From Camelus ferus (taxonomy: Eukaryota): DNA of 64,000 bases. This document shows positions 1-13,587 of this stretch, piece by piece (positions within the stretch are counted from its first letter, which is position 1; every line of letters begins with the position of its first letter). Under the pieces are notes generated by a model. The model made no database searches and was not told the DNA's origin. It worked only from the letters and a program-made list of their open reading frames with translations. The translations under genes were made by a program, and so were the position numbers. The stretch is from assembly GCF_009834535.1 (NCBI RefSeq), contig NC_045697.1, forward strand, positions 70,558,001 through 70,622,000. Direction: 5' to 3'.

Positions 1-731
1 AATGCAACAATTTTTATGAATTTACAAAGAGCGAACTTGGCGTGTTGCCTGAGGACTCCTAGCAGATACATTTCAGATGCTCTTGGCTGTGTGTTTCTAG
101 AAATCAATTTCCTCATTAGTCCTCTTTCAACTTATTTTGAAATTCAGCCTCTGGATTTCTTCCGTCTCCTTCCCACTGCAGCCCAGCTCAACTTGTTTAT
201 TTCTAGAAGCTAGCAGCTTCTGTATGTGCATTGAAACAAAGCTCTACCAGCTTTTGAGAGCTACACATGGAATTTCGGTAAGGGGATTTCATAGAAGAGT
301 AACTTTTATGGCAGTGAGCTGCTGTCCTTTGTTTTCTTTTTCAGACCATTGAATCATTGTCAGACATAAATATGATTTCTGTGTTTTGTTTGGCTTGCAT
401 GACTCGGTTTACATGAATATTTTATCTTTATACATTAACTTTATCTGGAACATGATTTTTTAAAGAGTTTGTTTGAGTAAGACTGTTTCTACTATGCACT
501 AGGCCTCATTTTCCTATGGAAGTGTGCTTTCAGTGTTACACTAGAAGTCTATTGGAAAACAGGATTAAAATGAAAGCATTTCATTTTGAAAGCAACTTTT
601 TAGTAATACTATGTATGAAGGCCTTGATTAGGTTTTTAGGCTTTTCCTCTCTCATCAGGTGGTTTACAAGTTAGAGAGGAAACTATATTCCATAGAGGCA
701 GGGTACTTCTATATTTCGTAGAGGAAGATGT

Positions 732-920
732 CTAGACTTTAAATTCAGTAGCTTTGAACTTCAGTCTCAGGCCACTCTAAGCTGAATGACCTTAGAGAAG
801 TCATTTTACCTCTTGGAGCCTCAGTTCTTCACCTGTAAATTGAGGGCAATAATAATTACTTCCCAAGATTAGAGCTAAATACCATCTAACCCACAGGAGG
901 CACTAAACAAACAGTATTAG
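732..920 (+). mobile_element. MIR SINE
   Basis: MIR core-like tgaccttagagaagtcattttacctcttggagcctcagttcttcacctgtaaattgagggcaataata. Confidence 0.75.
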
Positions 921-1324
921 GATGGATGAGTTTCTACTAAGAGATGAGAAAGATTTTAGTTCTCTTCGCCTCAGAGTACTATTTGGTTTTTTCTTTTGGA
1001 CTCAAAGTAAGAATTCACTGGGTACAATTGTGCAACTTAACTATCATTTTAATAAATTTGTCTTTAAATGATATCTACTAATGATTTCCTTCATATCCCA
1101 AACCAGCTTTTTATCACATTCTCAGCCTTCTTAAAAATTAACTGTCAGCAAAGTAAGTGAGTGATGTTATCAGATACTTTTTTGTTTTAAGCCAAACAAT
1201 CCCACCACTATGTAGTTTGAGTTTCCATTATATGCTTCATTTGCTTCTCTGCTGGTTTTCTGACCTGAATCAAAAAATTTTCTCCTTTTCTCTCCCTCTC
1301 TCCTCCATGCCTTTTTTTCTTCCT

Positions 1325-1470
1325 CTCATTTAACATGTATGTAATGAGTGTACTTACTGGCCTAGCACTGTTCTAGGCCCTGGGGTGAGCAGTAAACAAA
1401 CTAGGAGGCCTTCTTTAAATGAGATGGTCAGAGAAGGCTTCTCTGAGAAGGTAACATTTAGGTGGAGCAG
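1325..1470 (-). mobile_element. L2 LINE 3' fragment
   Basis: agcactgttctaggccctgggg...ggtcagagaaggcttctctgagaaggtaacattta, typical antisense L2 3' end. Confidence 0.65.
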
Positions 1471-2789
1471 TCTTTATAGTGTGATATTTAATATGACATA
1501 AATTTCTACTGAAGGTAATCATTTTTCTGAAACATAAAGTCTGCAATATAAAGCAAAGAATACACATATATACCTGTGTAATCTCTTTTTCTGTCTATCT
1601 GTCTGTCTCTCTGACTAGATACCTAAACAAATTCTGATTACAAGGGGCATTTCAGGAGACCATAGAGAGAGGAGGTTATATTCTAGGCTGGTGAGGAAAA
1701 ATTAAGACCAGAAGGTCTAAATACATGCCTATGTTTATGGTGCCAGGGTTGACATTTAAACCAGGCCTTGTGATTCTTATTTTGGTGTTATTTCTAACAA
1801 ACTACACCACCTCTGAATCTTTCAGAGTCCCCCAAGTTTGACTGAGTTGACAGGAGAGGTAGAAAGCATTTACCATCTTCTGGGAGCCATGGCAGGTGTC
1901 ACAAGCAAAAGATGATCCCCGATCTTGGGGAGTTTACAGTCAAGTGGAGAAGACAAACCATTTCATTAGTCCTGGTGCCTGTTCTGTTTCAGGTATTACC
2001 TGGGTACAGAATGGGATCTAGTGCTTAACGTGATTTAATTCTTAAGTTTACAAAAGTCAATGATTTTTTTTCACTTATTCGTTCTTGAACAAAGATGTGA
2101 TAATATTGCAGGACACTATTATATCGTTGAACCAATGTTCGTTGACAGTCTGCTATATACCAGGCATTATACTAGAAAGTATATGGACACTTGTGACTTT
2201 TCTCACCTTTTATAGAGTGTGAATAAAAGCATTTTAAGAAAATTTGGCTACATTTAATTTGCGTGATGTATGCATTATTCATTATATACATTGCATGTAT
2301 TATGCATACATTACATATATTATGCAATCATTCTTCATTAGACACAAATGCAATGTGATTGCTGTGCAAACCCAGCTTCAGAACTAATTTCCTACCCACC
2401 CACTGTACTGCCTGCTTCTACCTTAACCATTCTGCTGGATCCCCCTGTGTGGTGCTGGGTCTGCCGTAGTTCATCACACCCAACTCGTAGATGTGAGTCT
2501 GTAGATGCATTTCCTGGCCTCTTTAGTGTTGGTTCATCCCTGGACAGGGTCAAGATGAGAGGTGATTGAGAAGTGTCTTGATTCAGTTTTAACATCGAAG
2601 TAAGAACAGCAGCAAGACTCAAATTCACTCCTAGCGCTCTAATATATTAGATACAAAACTGATCAATGCAATTAGAATAATACTCGCCTGTATCACGAGG
2701 CTGCTGCGGGGAATGAGAGACTAGCACGGGGAACAGTGCACAAAGTGCTGTTTAATATTATCTATCACCACTTTTTCCTATGATTTGTT

Positions 2790-2960
2790 TTGTGCTTACA
2801 CTTTTTCACTCAATACCGTATTGCGTCTTTGCAAACACCTGTAAGGGGGACAGAGCAGGCGCTAGAACCCCGCTGTACTAATGAGGAAACTGAGTTTTGC
2901 CTGAGGTGACACACACGGAGGGAAGCAGCCCCAGAAGCCCTCCCATCGCCTAGCTCAGTG
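2790..2960 (-). mobile_element. MIR SINE fragment
   Basis: atgaggaaactgag...ttgcctgaggtgacaca, antisense MIR core. Confidence 0.6.
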
Positions 2961-4159
2961 CTGCCTGGACCCTTGTGAGCTGCAGCCAGTGAGACCAGCT
3001 AGAGGAAAGCGGTTATTTCTACATTATTTCTAAGTGGTTACCAAATAATATACAGTATGTCTCCTGACAACCCTCCAGTAAGCGATTTCACAGCTGTATA
3101 TTGCTTGATATAATTTAAAAGTTTTTACTTTCAGCCAGAGTTTATTTCTGTGCTCTTTCTCCATCATCTGTTAAAATTGGGAAAGTAAAGTGAAAATTTT
3201 AAGGCTAAAGGGTCGCTGGGAACAAGGGTTCAAAATAAAACTGGCTTCAAAACTGCTCCCAGTTTTATTAACGTGCGTAAAACTGACACATGGTGGTGAC
3301 TCTGTGTGGTTTTAAAGCTGTCCTCTATGGAGGTGCAAAGACAAGGAGGCAAATCCAGGAGTGGAAAGAGGACAACCAATTTCTGACTTGCTCTGTGACT
3401 TTTGACAAATTATTCACTATCCAGACTTTGTTCTCTTTAAAATGCAAACTAGGGCAAACACCGGGACAGGAATGGCGTGGGGTACTGCGACTTCCAGCAA
3501 TCAAAACATATGCTGAAGCAATCTGTGCAGAAGCAATTTTCCCACATACACCCAGGATGCTGGAGGGATTCAAGGGCTCCCAGCTCAGATGCCCGAGGAC
3601 GGATACCACCGCAGGCACTGAGGGCGGGTGCTGTACACCGATTTCTATTCACTGGCTGCTTTGGGACATTGGTGATTTTACGAAGGGACCTACTCTGGGT
3701 ATAGCTATTGCCCTTGGTAGATGCATATTACGCCTCCCCCCATGGCCTCCAAAAGATTGCTGAGGAAGAGCTTGAGAAATTATTTTGGATTCAACTCATA
3801 CATGAAGTTTTCCTATGAAAGGTCCACAGCCAAGCTCTGGCTGAGCCTTGTTCACTTTCTGGGAGCTCTGAGGAGGCCTTTATTAAGGCATTTCTGGCAT
3901 ATTTTAAGTATGTGAAATATGAGGAATAAAGAAATGTATGAAGAGACTGTACTTCTTTCATATACATGTTCCTCTTCATCAACGTGGCCGTGATGCTTAA
4001 CGCCCTTAAGTAAGAATTTTACATAATTCCACGGAGAAACAGAATCATCTCTCAACCTTCCACAATTTTAAATCTCCTCAGAACAATCATTTTAGAATAA
4101 AATTTGCTCAGGGACTGATTCATACTTCAAATTTATGGTGCCCTTCTTTATTGATATTC

Positions 4160-4890
4160 AGTCCCCAGGTGATCTCATCTAGTATCACGGCTTTAAATAT
4201 CTCCCCTGTGCTGGCACTCCCTTATTTATTTCTCTGCCTAGACCTTTTATCTGAGCTCCAGATTGTATTTCCAATCACCTACTTCACACCTCCACTTGGT
4301 GTCTAAAAGCATCTCAAGCCTAACATGTCCAGACAGAATTCCTGTTTTTTCCCTACTAAACCTGTTTCAAAGTCATCTCCAACTCTGTGAATGGTAACTT
4401 CACTCTTAAGTCTGTCCAAAAATTTGAGGTTATTCTTTATTCCTTCTTATTTCACAACCTGTATTCAACTCCTCAGCAATTCCTATCAGATTTACTTTAA
4501 AAAATATTTCCAGAATCTGACCACTTTGTGCTACCGCCACTGCTGAGCTAGTCCAAGCCAACATTGCCTTTCAGCTGAATTACTGTACTAATATTCTGAC
4601 CGGTCTCCATGTCTCTTGTCACCATGGAGTTTCCTGTGTGATCCTTTTAAAATGTAAATCAGAATCAAACCTTCCAGAATCTCCCCAACATATGGACATT
4701 AAAACAAAACCTTTAAAATGATCTACAAAATCCTACAATATGTACAACCTTCCTACCTCTCTGTCCTCATTTTCTAGTCTTTTTCTTACTCTGTTCCAGG
4801 TACTGCTACTTGCTCTTCCTCCACAATGCCAGGCACACTGTAGTCTAAGGGTCTCTGTATTTTTTGTCCCCTTTTTCTATAATGCTCAAG
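4160..4890 (+). mobile_element. L2 LINE fragment
   Basis: ggtgatctcatctagtatcacggctttaaatat...cctccacttggtgtctaaaagcatctcaagcctaacatgtcc matches the L2 3' region. Confidence 0.8.
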
Positions 4891-4924
4891 GTGACCTTCT
4901 ACACATGTCTTTCAACCTCTGGAT

Positions 4925-5117
4925 TCTGCTAACTGCTTCCTCCCCTCATTGCCGCCTTTGGACTAGGGGTGGTAACAAAGAGTCTGGAATAATACGTTAT
5001 CACTTGTGGTTCTTCCTAAATCTCATCTTAGTAAATTGTCCTTTTGTAACAAGCCTCCTTTGAATTATTCTACTATGCATATGCTATCTCTCTCCTGTTG
5101 TGAACCTGAGTGATGCA
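4925..5117 (+). mobile_element. 5' LTR remnant of ERV-L provirus (LTR33-like, 3' part only)
   Basis: Ends tgctatctctctcctgttgtgaacctgagtgatgca, resembling the LTR33-type end tgccatctgtttcctgctgggaccctgactgataca; directly followed by ERV-L internal sequence. Confidence 0.65.
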
Positions 5118-5975
5118 ATAATTAGTATTATATTTAGTATTTATTAGTATTGGAAGTGGCTGTAGGAAATAGTCCTTCCAAATGGGATTCTGATATTGAG
5201 TTTCTCATAAGCACAAGGATAATCATCTTGCCAGGGGAAGGTGGGACATCTGTACAGTGGTATTTCTATTACCCAAATTATCACTAATGGTGGTAGAATG
5301 ATGTGCAGATAGAAGGCACAGCAGTAGGAGATCACTATGCTAACAACAGAGATTAGAAAGCATGTGGAATAAGCTGGCTGCTTCTTCCCCTCAAGGGCTT
5401 ACTTAGGGAAAAAAGAAATTAAGAGATACAAACTTATATAACACATGTGGAGAACGAGAAAGCCTCTATGGAAGCTATTGTAAGGCCTATTTGGCTAAGG
5501 CCCAAGCCCAGGATGTGATTGTAAGAGGTGGAAGATTGCAGGACCAGACAAATTCTCAAGTCTGTCAGGTCTCTCATCTAAGGAACCTAGTAGAAAAGTA
5601 GTTGTACCCTGAGGCAGGGGATTGGGACATTTGAGCAGACATTGGGCTGAGAACTTTAATCCTCCAAATTCTCTTGAAATTCTCTTGCTGGGGAGGTAGT
5701 CTCTGCTCCATACCTTCCCTCTCATTAGTCTTCTTCTGCATAAAAGCTTCTAAATGATTGAACCTAAGGTAGTTGCCTCATTAACCTGGTGCTGATTTTC
5801 CTCAGGACACAACTTCACCAACTCTTACTCCTTCTAGACCTATACTGAAAGTTATTTTCCAACACAGTCCAGTTTGAGAAATTCAAGACCTGACTCCATG
5901 AGGAAAGAGCATAAAGAAGAGGAAAGAAGACTTGATCAATCTTGTATCGGATGATGCCTTTTTAGTCATACCCTT

Positions 5976-6320
5976 TGGGAGGACCCAGGGGACTCCCCAT
6001 TCACCAAAGAATTAAGAAATGCATTGGTGTGAGGCACAGCAGTATGCTTGAAAAATTTTGTGATGGCTCCTTTAAGGAAAGAGATAATGGAGGAGATGAT
6101 GCAATGTAATGGGTTCACTGATCTCAACGTGAATAGTGGAAATCTTAGATTTGTGGAGGACATTTAGTGGCAATTAACTGTCAGAGAAGAGGTGGCTGCT
6201 ATTACTAAAATAGCCATAGGATTAGAATGATCATCATAGAATTTGGATGTAAGGGGTCTGTGACAATGCTTAATTAATGAGGGAGTCCCTAGTAATAAAA
6301 TAGATGGTAGCCTCCTAATG
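5976..6320 (+). pseudogene. gag: ERV-L gag remnant
   Basis: From 5976 translates WEDPGDSPFTKELRNALV*GTAVCLKNFVMA, resembling the ERV-L Gag motif WEGPEDTPFTKALRNALVRGAPASLK; in-frame stop. Confidence 0.75.
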
Positions 6321-6549
6321 GACTGTTTGACATATATAAGTGGAAATATTTTTTGGTCCACAATACAGAAACCTAACTTGAATCTCTGAAGTGAACTTCA
6401 TGCCTCCTATCCATTCTGTAAATCTAAATTGATTCAGATTCTCAAAGTCTCTTAACTGAGGGGTAGTGTATGTCCCTTTGAGGGAAGACATTATAATATG
6501 GACTATCAATCCTGTAAATCTTTTCCCAAGACTTCCCTGGGAGCTCTGG

Positions 6550-6900
6550 AACCATTTATTACGGTGACTGTTCACTGAGCAAATGATAAATGCCCAGACT
6601 TTCTGGGAGTTGCTAGACATTGTCTACGAACTGAAGCAAATCCCCTAAGACTCAAAATAGCTGTGTCCTAATGAGCAGGGGCTCACAGAAACCAGGTAAT
6701 AGATAAAATCTGGGCTCAAATTTAATAGCAGTTCTAGGAAGACTGGGGATAAATACTACAATTAATTCCTTATCCAGAAAGTTTAGAGGAATTAAAGTCT
6801 TTAGGAAGAGACAAAGTTTCCATATTGGCACCTTGATCTATGAAGTGGTGGATGTTATGGCAGAAAAGACCAAGTAGAGATCCCTGAAATGGCTTCAACC
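6550..6900 (+). pseudogene. pro: ERV-L protease remnant
   Basis: From 6595 translates QTFWELLDIVYELKQIP*D, a decayed form of QTFRGLLDTGSELTLIPGD; the catalytic DTG is mutated. Confidence 0.7.
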
Positions 6901-6929
6901 TCCTACTCCCAACAGTAAGATGATGAACA

Positions 6930-8285
6930 AAAGCAATGTCTCATTTCTGGGCATATTATATAGATTAGTGTCTGTCTCAATATTTTTAGAAACAATGTGG
7001 TGATTACACTTACCACGTACTATTTAACATGCTTATTTGGCTGATACAAAAGCCAGATGTATCATGGAGAATAATAATAAACTATAGCAAACTTAATCAT
7101 GTGGTGATTATACTTGCAGTTGTATTATTCCATTTCAATCAGTGTGGAAAGTCATGAGCAATTTGCATTTACATGGCAGGGACTACAGTATACAGTTACT
7201 ATTTAGCCCAAGGGCTATGTCAACTCCCCTACTCTATGTTATAATATAGTCTAGATGAACCTTGATCTTCTTGTTATTTCACTGAACATCTCTCTCGTTT
7301 ACTACATAAAGATGATATTGTTAACTGGGTCTGGTAAGTCGAAAGTAGCAAGCACTCTAGATATCTTAATAAGACATATGCATTCTAGAGGAAAGGAATA
7401 AAACTATAAAATTTCAGGGTCTGAAATCTAAGTGGTCCAGGAGGTATAACATGACCTCTTTCTGAAGTAAAGTTGCTAAATCTTACATAAAACTCACCAC
7501 TTAGAAAAAGGTATATACCTAGGACCAGTTAGGATTTGCATGCATATATTAGCATTTCCATGATAGGCAATGCATGTATTTGAGTATGATCCTATCACCC
7601 ATTTATTGGTAATTTAGAAGGTTACAAGTTTTGAGTGGGACCTATAGGAAGAATGGGCTCTGGGGCAAGTCTAGATTGCAATGCAGGCTGCTCTGCTATC
7701 TGAGCCTCATGATATAGGACCCTATATATAAAGGACATGTTTATGGCAGATAGAGATGATTTTTGAGTTGCTGGCAAATTCAGTAGGAAAATCAACAGCA
7801 CAGATACCCAGGGATCTGGAATAAGGCCATGTCCTTCTTTACTGACAACTATTTTCCATTTGAAAAGTAGCTCCTGGCTTGCTACCAGACACTGCACACT
7901 TGACCATGGGAAATAAAATGACTATGCAATCTGAACTTCCCATTATATATGAAGTATTATTTCTTCCACAGAAATTAACATTGGCCACAAACAATAATAA
8001 CATACTGTAAACTTGAAGTAATATATATAAGCCCAGTCCTGAGCATATTCAGTCAACTGTAGAAGCCAATGGCTCAGACTCAATATTGTACCTGCTTCTA
8101 CTGCTTTGCCATCTTTCCCTCATTCACACCTATGACTTCATGGAGAGTTCAGAATGACTAGTTAATTGTGGAAGCAGAAGCATGGGCCTGATTTATGAAT
8201 AGGTCTCCATGTTAGCTGGCACAAGCTGAAGAAGGACAGACTCTGCACAACAATCACACTCAGTGGTGACCTTGAAAGACAGGTG
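6930..8285 (+). pseudogene. pol: ERV-L pol remnant (RT and start of RNase H)
   Basis: PDVSWRIIINYSKLNHVV near 7053; QFAFTWQGLQYTVTI*PKGYVNSPTLCYNIV from 7159; decayed YIDD-like tactacataaagatgatatt near 7300; RNase H start-like WA*FMNRS near 8183; many stops and frameshifts. Confidence 0.9.
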
Positions 8286-8415
8286 ACAGTATGATGGAAT
8301 TATTATCACTCCTGATAACAGCTGATGGGACTTCATGTACCTCCTGAGATGAGAACATGTATTTTTCAACTAGATGAAGGACAAGAGTGAATTCTGAGGG
8401 GCAAAGCAGGTAGAC

Positions 8416-8873
8416 TGTGCTGAGTATCTTTCATTTGAAATTGTAAATCAGCCTTCTCCCTTCTGAGTTTCCCTCTGCCCTAGGAGACTGATTTGTGTGG
8501 CTACAATAGGCTTCTTTCTCTGAATAGGGCCAGTAAGGCTCCCAGGAAGATCAGAACTAGAGGGAGGTCAGTGTGCTGATTCCCACAGCTCTTTTTTTGT
8601 GAGTTCACTTTAAACTAGCTATGTCTCTTGACTCAACATCAAGGTAACTTTTTCTACATGCCTCCCCTTTCATGGTGTGGTAATTAACCCCTCCCTTGTC
8701 CTTTTAGGCCTACAGGTGATTATATCACTGTTCTACCCCACTCCAAGTTAACACACAACCCTGTGGTTCCAATCTACCCTACTTATACTTTTGTAAACAG
8801 AACATTAATTTTTAAAAATCCTATAAAATTTTTCCAATTTGAGAGTGCCATCTGTTTCCTATTGGGAAATACA
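8416..8873 (+). mobile_element. 3' LTR of ERV-L provirus (LTR33-like)
   Basis: Starts TGtgctgagtatctttcatttg right after the PPT; ends gagagtgccatctgtttcctattgggaaataCA. Confidence 0.8.
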
Positions 8874-8909
8874 CCTCATGCAGTCATCTTTCCTCTCAGC
8901 TACACACTG

Positions 8910-9300
8910 TTTATTATTTAGAGCTCATGCATTTGCAAATGACAAAAATATTCCAGCCAATCTTCCCTAAGCTAAAAAGCATAGGAATTTATTAGCTTGC
9001 ATCACTAGAAGGTCCAAGGGATAATAATTCTGTCTTCAGGTATGCTTGAATCCAAGAACTCACATGATATTGGCAGGACTCTCTCCTCTTGGCCCTTCTT
9101 CGTATTGCCTTCCTTTTGAGGGAAGTCCTCTCCACAAAGTGACAAATATGGACATGGGCAGTTCTGGCTTTATAGTGGCTTCACAGATTGCAATCCCAGA
9201 AAAAAAGACCACAAGAGACACGGGAAGTGTCCTAACACATATCGTGATGTGATTCCAATGGTGAACTGCTGGGTGTAGCTGAGATTGCTTGCCTGGCTGT
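8910..9300 (-). mobile_element. Old MaLR LTR (MLT1J/K-like)
   Basis: ttgcaaatgacaaaaat...aggaatttattagcttgcatcactagaaggtccaaggg...cttcaggtatgcttgaatccaagaactca. Confidence 0.55.
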
Positions 9301-10374
9301 CACATTGGCAGTCATGTAGAATAAATTAACTAACCCAGTGCAGTTTGACTGAAGAGTGGCTGTATATAGAAAAAAGCCATTGCCTGGCTCAGAGGAGCAC
9401 CATCTCCCAACCCTCAACTGGAACGCATTCTCTTTGAAGTACAGATTTGAAAACAACGAAGAATGCTGATAATAGAGTGAGTAGGGCAAAGCAAAGGCCA
9501 GCATCTGTTTTACCTGGAACGCTCCTCTTGCTGGAATGCAGCGTCACTTGTCTGCCTCAGAATAAGAGCTGATTTAGCAAATCCATTTGGAATGGCCTCT
9601 CAGCTTCTATCTGATTGCCAACTTCAATAATATTGTAAAGAGGGATTCCCTCGAGTAAACAGTGAGGTAGATCTGTCTTAAGGACTTCATAAAAGGCAAG
9701 AAAGCCCTTTGGCAACCTTGCATTTCTTTGGCAACCCACGCTGCAAATATGACTGGGAGCGGTTTGCACGAGCCTTCAGGATGAAGAGGACATTAAGGGA
9801 GCAAACTTGTCTAGGATAGGGGCTGAGTTCCACCTTCCATAATACAGAATACATAGCACAGCTGGATTATAAGAGCAGAGGAAACAGACAGGTAGGATGG
9901 AGTGAGCTCCTGAGGCGATCAGCCCCATTTACGTAATTAGTAGAGCTATGGGAAGCCTTCAGGGTTTCTTATTAAAGTACACCGTGAGGGTAGCATGCCT
10001 GGAAAAGAGCTTTGGCCATGGTGTTAGTAGACTGGCGGGAAGGAGGTTATTGCTGTCTAGGAAAGGTGTGCCGGGGGTCTAGACAAGGGAGTTAACAGTT
10101 TACTAAAGAGAAAGTAAGACAAAGAGGTAAAGAGATTATTCTATGCCAAAAACAGAATAAAACGTGCTAAGAAATAGCAGACAGAATTCGTTTGCCTCTT
10201 AAATTCTTGTTTGCACACATCAAGCCAAGAATCAAAGGCCTACAGAAATCCACATTGCATCTTTCACAGAACGTATAACATTTTGTGACTGGAGCTTTTG
10301 GCATCTTTTACTCAACAGATGTTTGTTCAAATCTTTATTACTACGTATTTAGTACCCACTAGGAACGGTAGTGC

Positions 10375-10600
10375 AATAGTATAATGGACAAATATAGGTT
10401 TTGGTGTCTGGTAAAGTGGGCTTTACAAACCTATTCTATCACTTACTAGCTTTGTGCTTTTGGTCAAATATCTGAACTTCATGTGTAAAATGCAGAACAC
10501 AATTCCTACCTCATAGGATTGCTGTCGATATTAAATTAGATAGTGTGTATACAGTGGCTGCTGCAATAACCTCTCAGCAAATGGCTGTTGATGTTGTTAC
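10375..10600 (+). mobile_element. MIR SINE
   Basis: cacttactagctttgtgcttttggtcaaat...tgtaaaatg...cctacctcataggattgctg. Confidence 0.75.
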
Positions 10601-11724
10601 TGATTCCTTAATTAGAAGCCCTGTTAAAACTAGGGTGGAATTACCACAGCATTTAGAACAATGTCTGGAACATGCTAGGTGCTCAGGAAATGATAGAAGC
10701 TCTTATTATTTGAGTATGCATGAAATGTGATACTTTATTGAGTAAATCAAAGGTGAGTGACTATGGCATGTGCAGATTCTTTTACAACCTGAAATAAGGA
10801 ATTTCTAGTAGAAGGTAATAATATCCTAAATGTGAAAGAGCAAAAGCTCTTTGCTTTTGGAACATAATGGGTTGGTTTCTTTAGGTAGAGATGTCCACAT
10901 ATAAACCCATGTATTGTATCCTGTTAAGTTTAGCAGTGTCTTTCGCTTGTAATTATCTTCAGTTTTGCCATTCACTTGAAGAAAGTGTATTTCTACGTTG
11001 GCCATTTTACTTTCTCAGCCTGAGACATTAGATTTTTTGCTAACTTTCCTCTCTCAGTTATTCTGGGTTTGTATTTGCTGTAGATTGAGTGAGCTTCTGA
11101 CACATGGCTGAGCATATCTAATTTTCCAAACGAGACTAGGCTAGACATAGAGGCATCATATTTGCATAATGGCCACAGTACAGCTAAACTTAAAGCATTT
11201 TCCTTTGTATAACAATGACATTCAAATCATTATGCTGCTCAGAATATAGCAATAAACTAACCCAGTCAGGTGTCCTAGATTAATATACACACTGTGGTTC
11301 TCTTCTCCCTGAAAATCCTGTTTTTCCAATTTTTTCATGTCACAATCCACATACAACATCTCAGATGATTATGTGTGTGTTTGTTTGCATATATGAGATT
11401 CTTGCTTAAAACAAAATAATCTATTTTCCTGATTTGTTTTTACTTCTATTGCAATTATTTTCTCAATCTGTATCCTTACTGATGCAATTTAAATGACTTT
11501 TAAAGCCTAGTGAATATGAATATATGACCAGTAACAGCAGTGATTTGTATCAGTGAATCCTAGGGGTTTTGTATGTGTCATGTGGTTTCAAAATTTTCTT
11601 TTTAATTAGATAAGTTGAGAACACATATACTGTCCTGGCTGCCCCAATGTCATGGTGCATGGTATATGGAAAAAACCTATAGCAATTCATCTTTGTTATG
11701 TTCTTTTCTTGCCTTGAATGATAA

Positions 11725-11890
11725 TTATGAGCATGAAATTTGGCATCATATAGACCCAGGCCACTGCTTTGCCATTTACTAGGTGTCTGAATTTGGGAAA
11801 TTGAATCTCTCTAACCCTCAGTTTTCTTATCTACAAAGTGGGGTAGTAATACCTATCTCTTAGAATGGTTACAAGGACTAAATGTAAAAT
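11725..11890 (+). mobile_element. MIR SINE
   Basis: gccatttactaggtgtctgaatttgggaaa...cctcagttttcttatctacaaagtggggtagtaatacctatctc. Confidence 0.8.
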
Positions 11891-11944
11891 CATAGAATAT
11901 GACTTCCTACTCAGGATGGCTGAAATTAAATTCTGGCTCTTGTA

Positions 11945-12620
11945 CTGGGTGTGTAGTGATATCAGGCTGTGGTTCTCATTCACATTTCCCTAATAACTAG
12001 TGATGCTAAGCATCTTATAAGGTATTTATTTGGTGAAATTTCCTTTTAAATCTTCTTCTCTTTTAAAAATTGGCTTGTATGCCTTTCAATTATTGACTTT
12101 TAAGTATTATTTATATATTCAGAATATAAGTTCTTTATCAAATATAGGTTTTGCAAATACTTTCTCCAAGTCTGTGGTTCATCTTTTCATCTTCTTAACA
12201 ATGTTTCTTGAAGAGTAAAAATATTTAATTTAATGATATTAGTTATTTAAAAAATAATTCATTCTATCAAATAAATCTTTTCCTACTTCAAAGTCACAAA
12301 GATTTGTTTTCTGTATTTTATTTTTAAAGTTTAAAAATTTGATCCATTATGTTTACATCTATGATCCATTTTGAGTTACACACATATGGTGTAAGATGAA
12401 GATACAGGTTCATTTTTTTTTGTATAGAAACCTAGTGTTCTAATACCATCTAATACCATCAATCTTTTGATTACTACTAACATGTACACCTTACTACATT
12501 TCTTTCTTATTTGTAAGTGGATTTCTTGTAGGAAGCATATAGTTGTATGCATAGTATGTACAATTTGACAATCTCTATCTTTTAACTGCTGTGTTTGTAT
12601 CATTTATATTTATATTTGGT
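11945..12620 (-). mobile_element. Old L1 (L1M) ORF2 3' fragment(s)
   Basis: catttccctaataactagtgatgctaagcatctt...ttttgcaaatactttctccaagtctgtgg...ttcttgaagagtaaaa, antisense L1 ORF2 end. Confidence 0.8.
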
Positions 12621-13051
12621 CTAATTTTTCTGCCCTTCTTGGTGGCATATCGCCAATCATATTTTGAAGGCAACAACTATTAAAACTTGACATTATAATC
12701 ATTTCTCCTTACTCTGATTCTAGGCTAAAGAAGCAAATGTTTCGTTATAATTTTTCATTTTATTGGTTTTCTGCAGGACTATAATATATTGGCAACCAAT
12801 AGGAGACCCTATAGTCTACCTAAAAGTTATTTTTCTCATTGTAAATCTGTTCAATGATAGTCTTGGTACACAGCTACCTTTGGAACCATGGTTGGCCCCA
12901 GGAAGCTATTCCCTCTGAGAGTGCTGATATCCTTCAAAGCTGACATTCATGCCTTTACACATGATTATCTCATTGAGGTACTATTACCCTTTGAGGTCCT
13001 GAATGAGTGTTCTGCCCTTCCGAATCACTCTCTACGCTTTTGCTCTACCTG

Positions 13052-13220
13052 AAACGAAGCCTGGTTCTAAACGAGTGTTTCTTAAAGAGTAGTCTATGGA
13101 GCATTTATATAAGAACCGTCTGGGGTATATCTTGTACTATAGATCCCTGGACCCAAACTCAGGATAATTGAATTTATCTGTATTTTAATTTTCATGCACA
13201 CTCAAGTTTGAAAACCATTA
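13052..13220. mobile_element. MER5-type hAT-Charlie DNA transposon
   Basis: Terminal-like agtgtttcttaaagagtagtc ... atgcacactcaagtttgaaaaccatt. Confidence 0.65.
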
Positions 13221-13587
13221 TTCTATATCATGAATTCTGATAATTAAAGCTATCTAGTATGCATCCTCTATTTTTAATGATATTTATAAATTTTCCATGT
13301 GTTACTATATTAAAACTCTTATGGAGATAACAAATATAGGCAAACATAGATGTTAAAGCATTGAAATTTGAAATAAATGAAAATGGAGGTTCTAATATTT
13401 TGTGCCTATATTCCAATGGTCATATTGTATCAATTTACTTTGCAGACCCCTGTTCTAAACCTTGGGGGAGGTGGGTAAGCTGAGGTCTATTTTCAATAAT
13501 TATATAAAAAGGAACCAACACAAATGCTCCAAATGAATTGTTGGAGTATTGATTCCCAACTGTGGTAATATCCAGGCTACATTAAAT

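Larger units (their letters stand above)
5118..8415 (+). mobile_element. ERV-L (class III) internal region, decayed and internally deleted
   Basis: Decayed PBS-like ttagtattggaagtgg near 5143; gag, pro, RT and RNase H remnants; purine-rich PPT-like gaggggcaaagcaggtagac just before the 3' LTR. Confidence 0.9.

Noticed and set aside
3290..3763. 157-aa ORF
   Set aside because: No recognisable domain and no convincing splice context; compatible with a chance ORF in a slightly GC-richer stretch.
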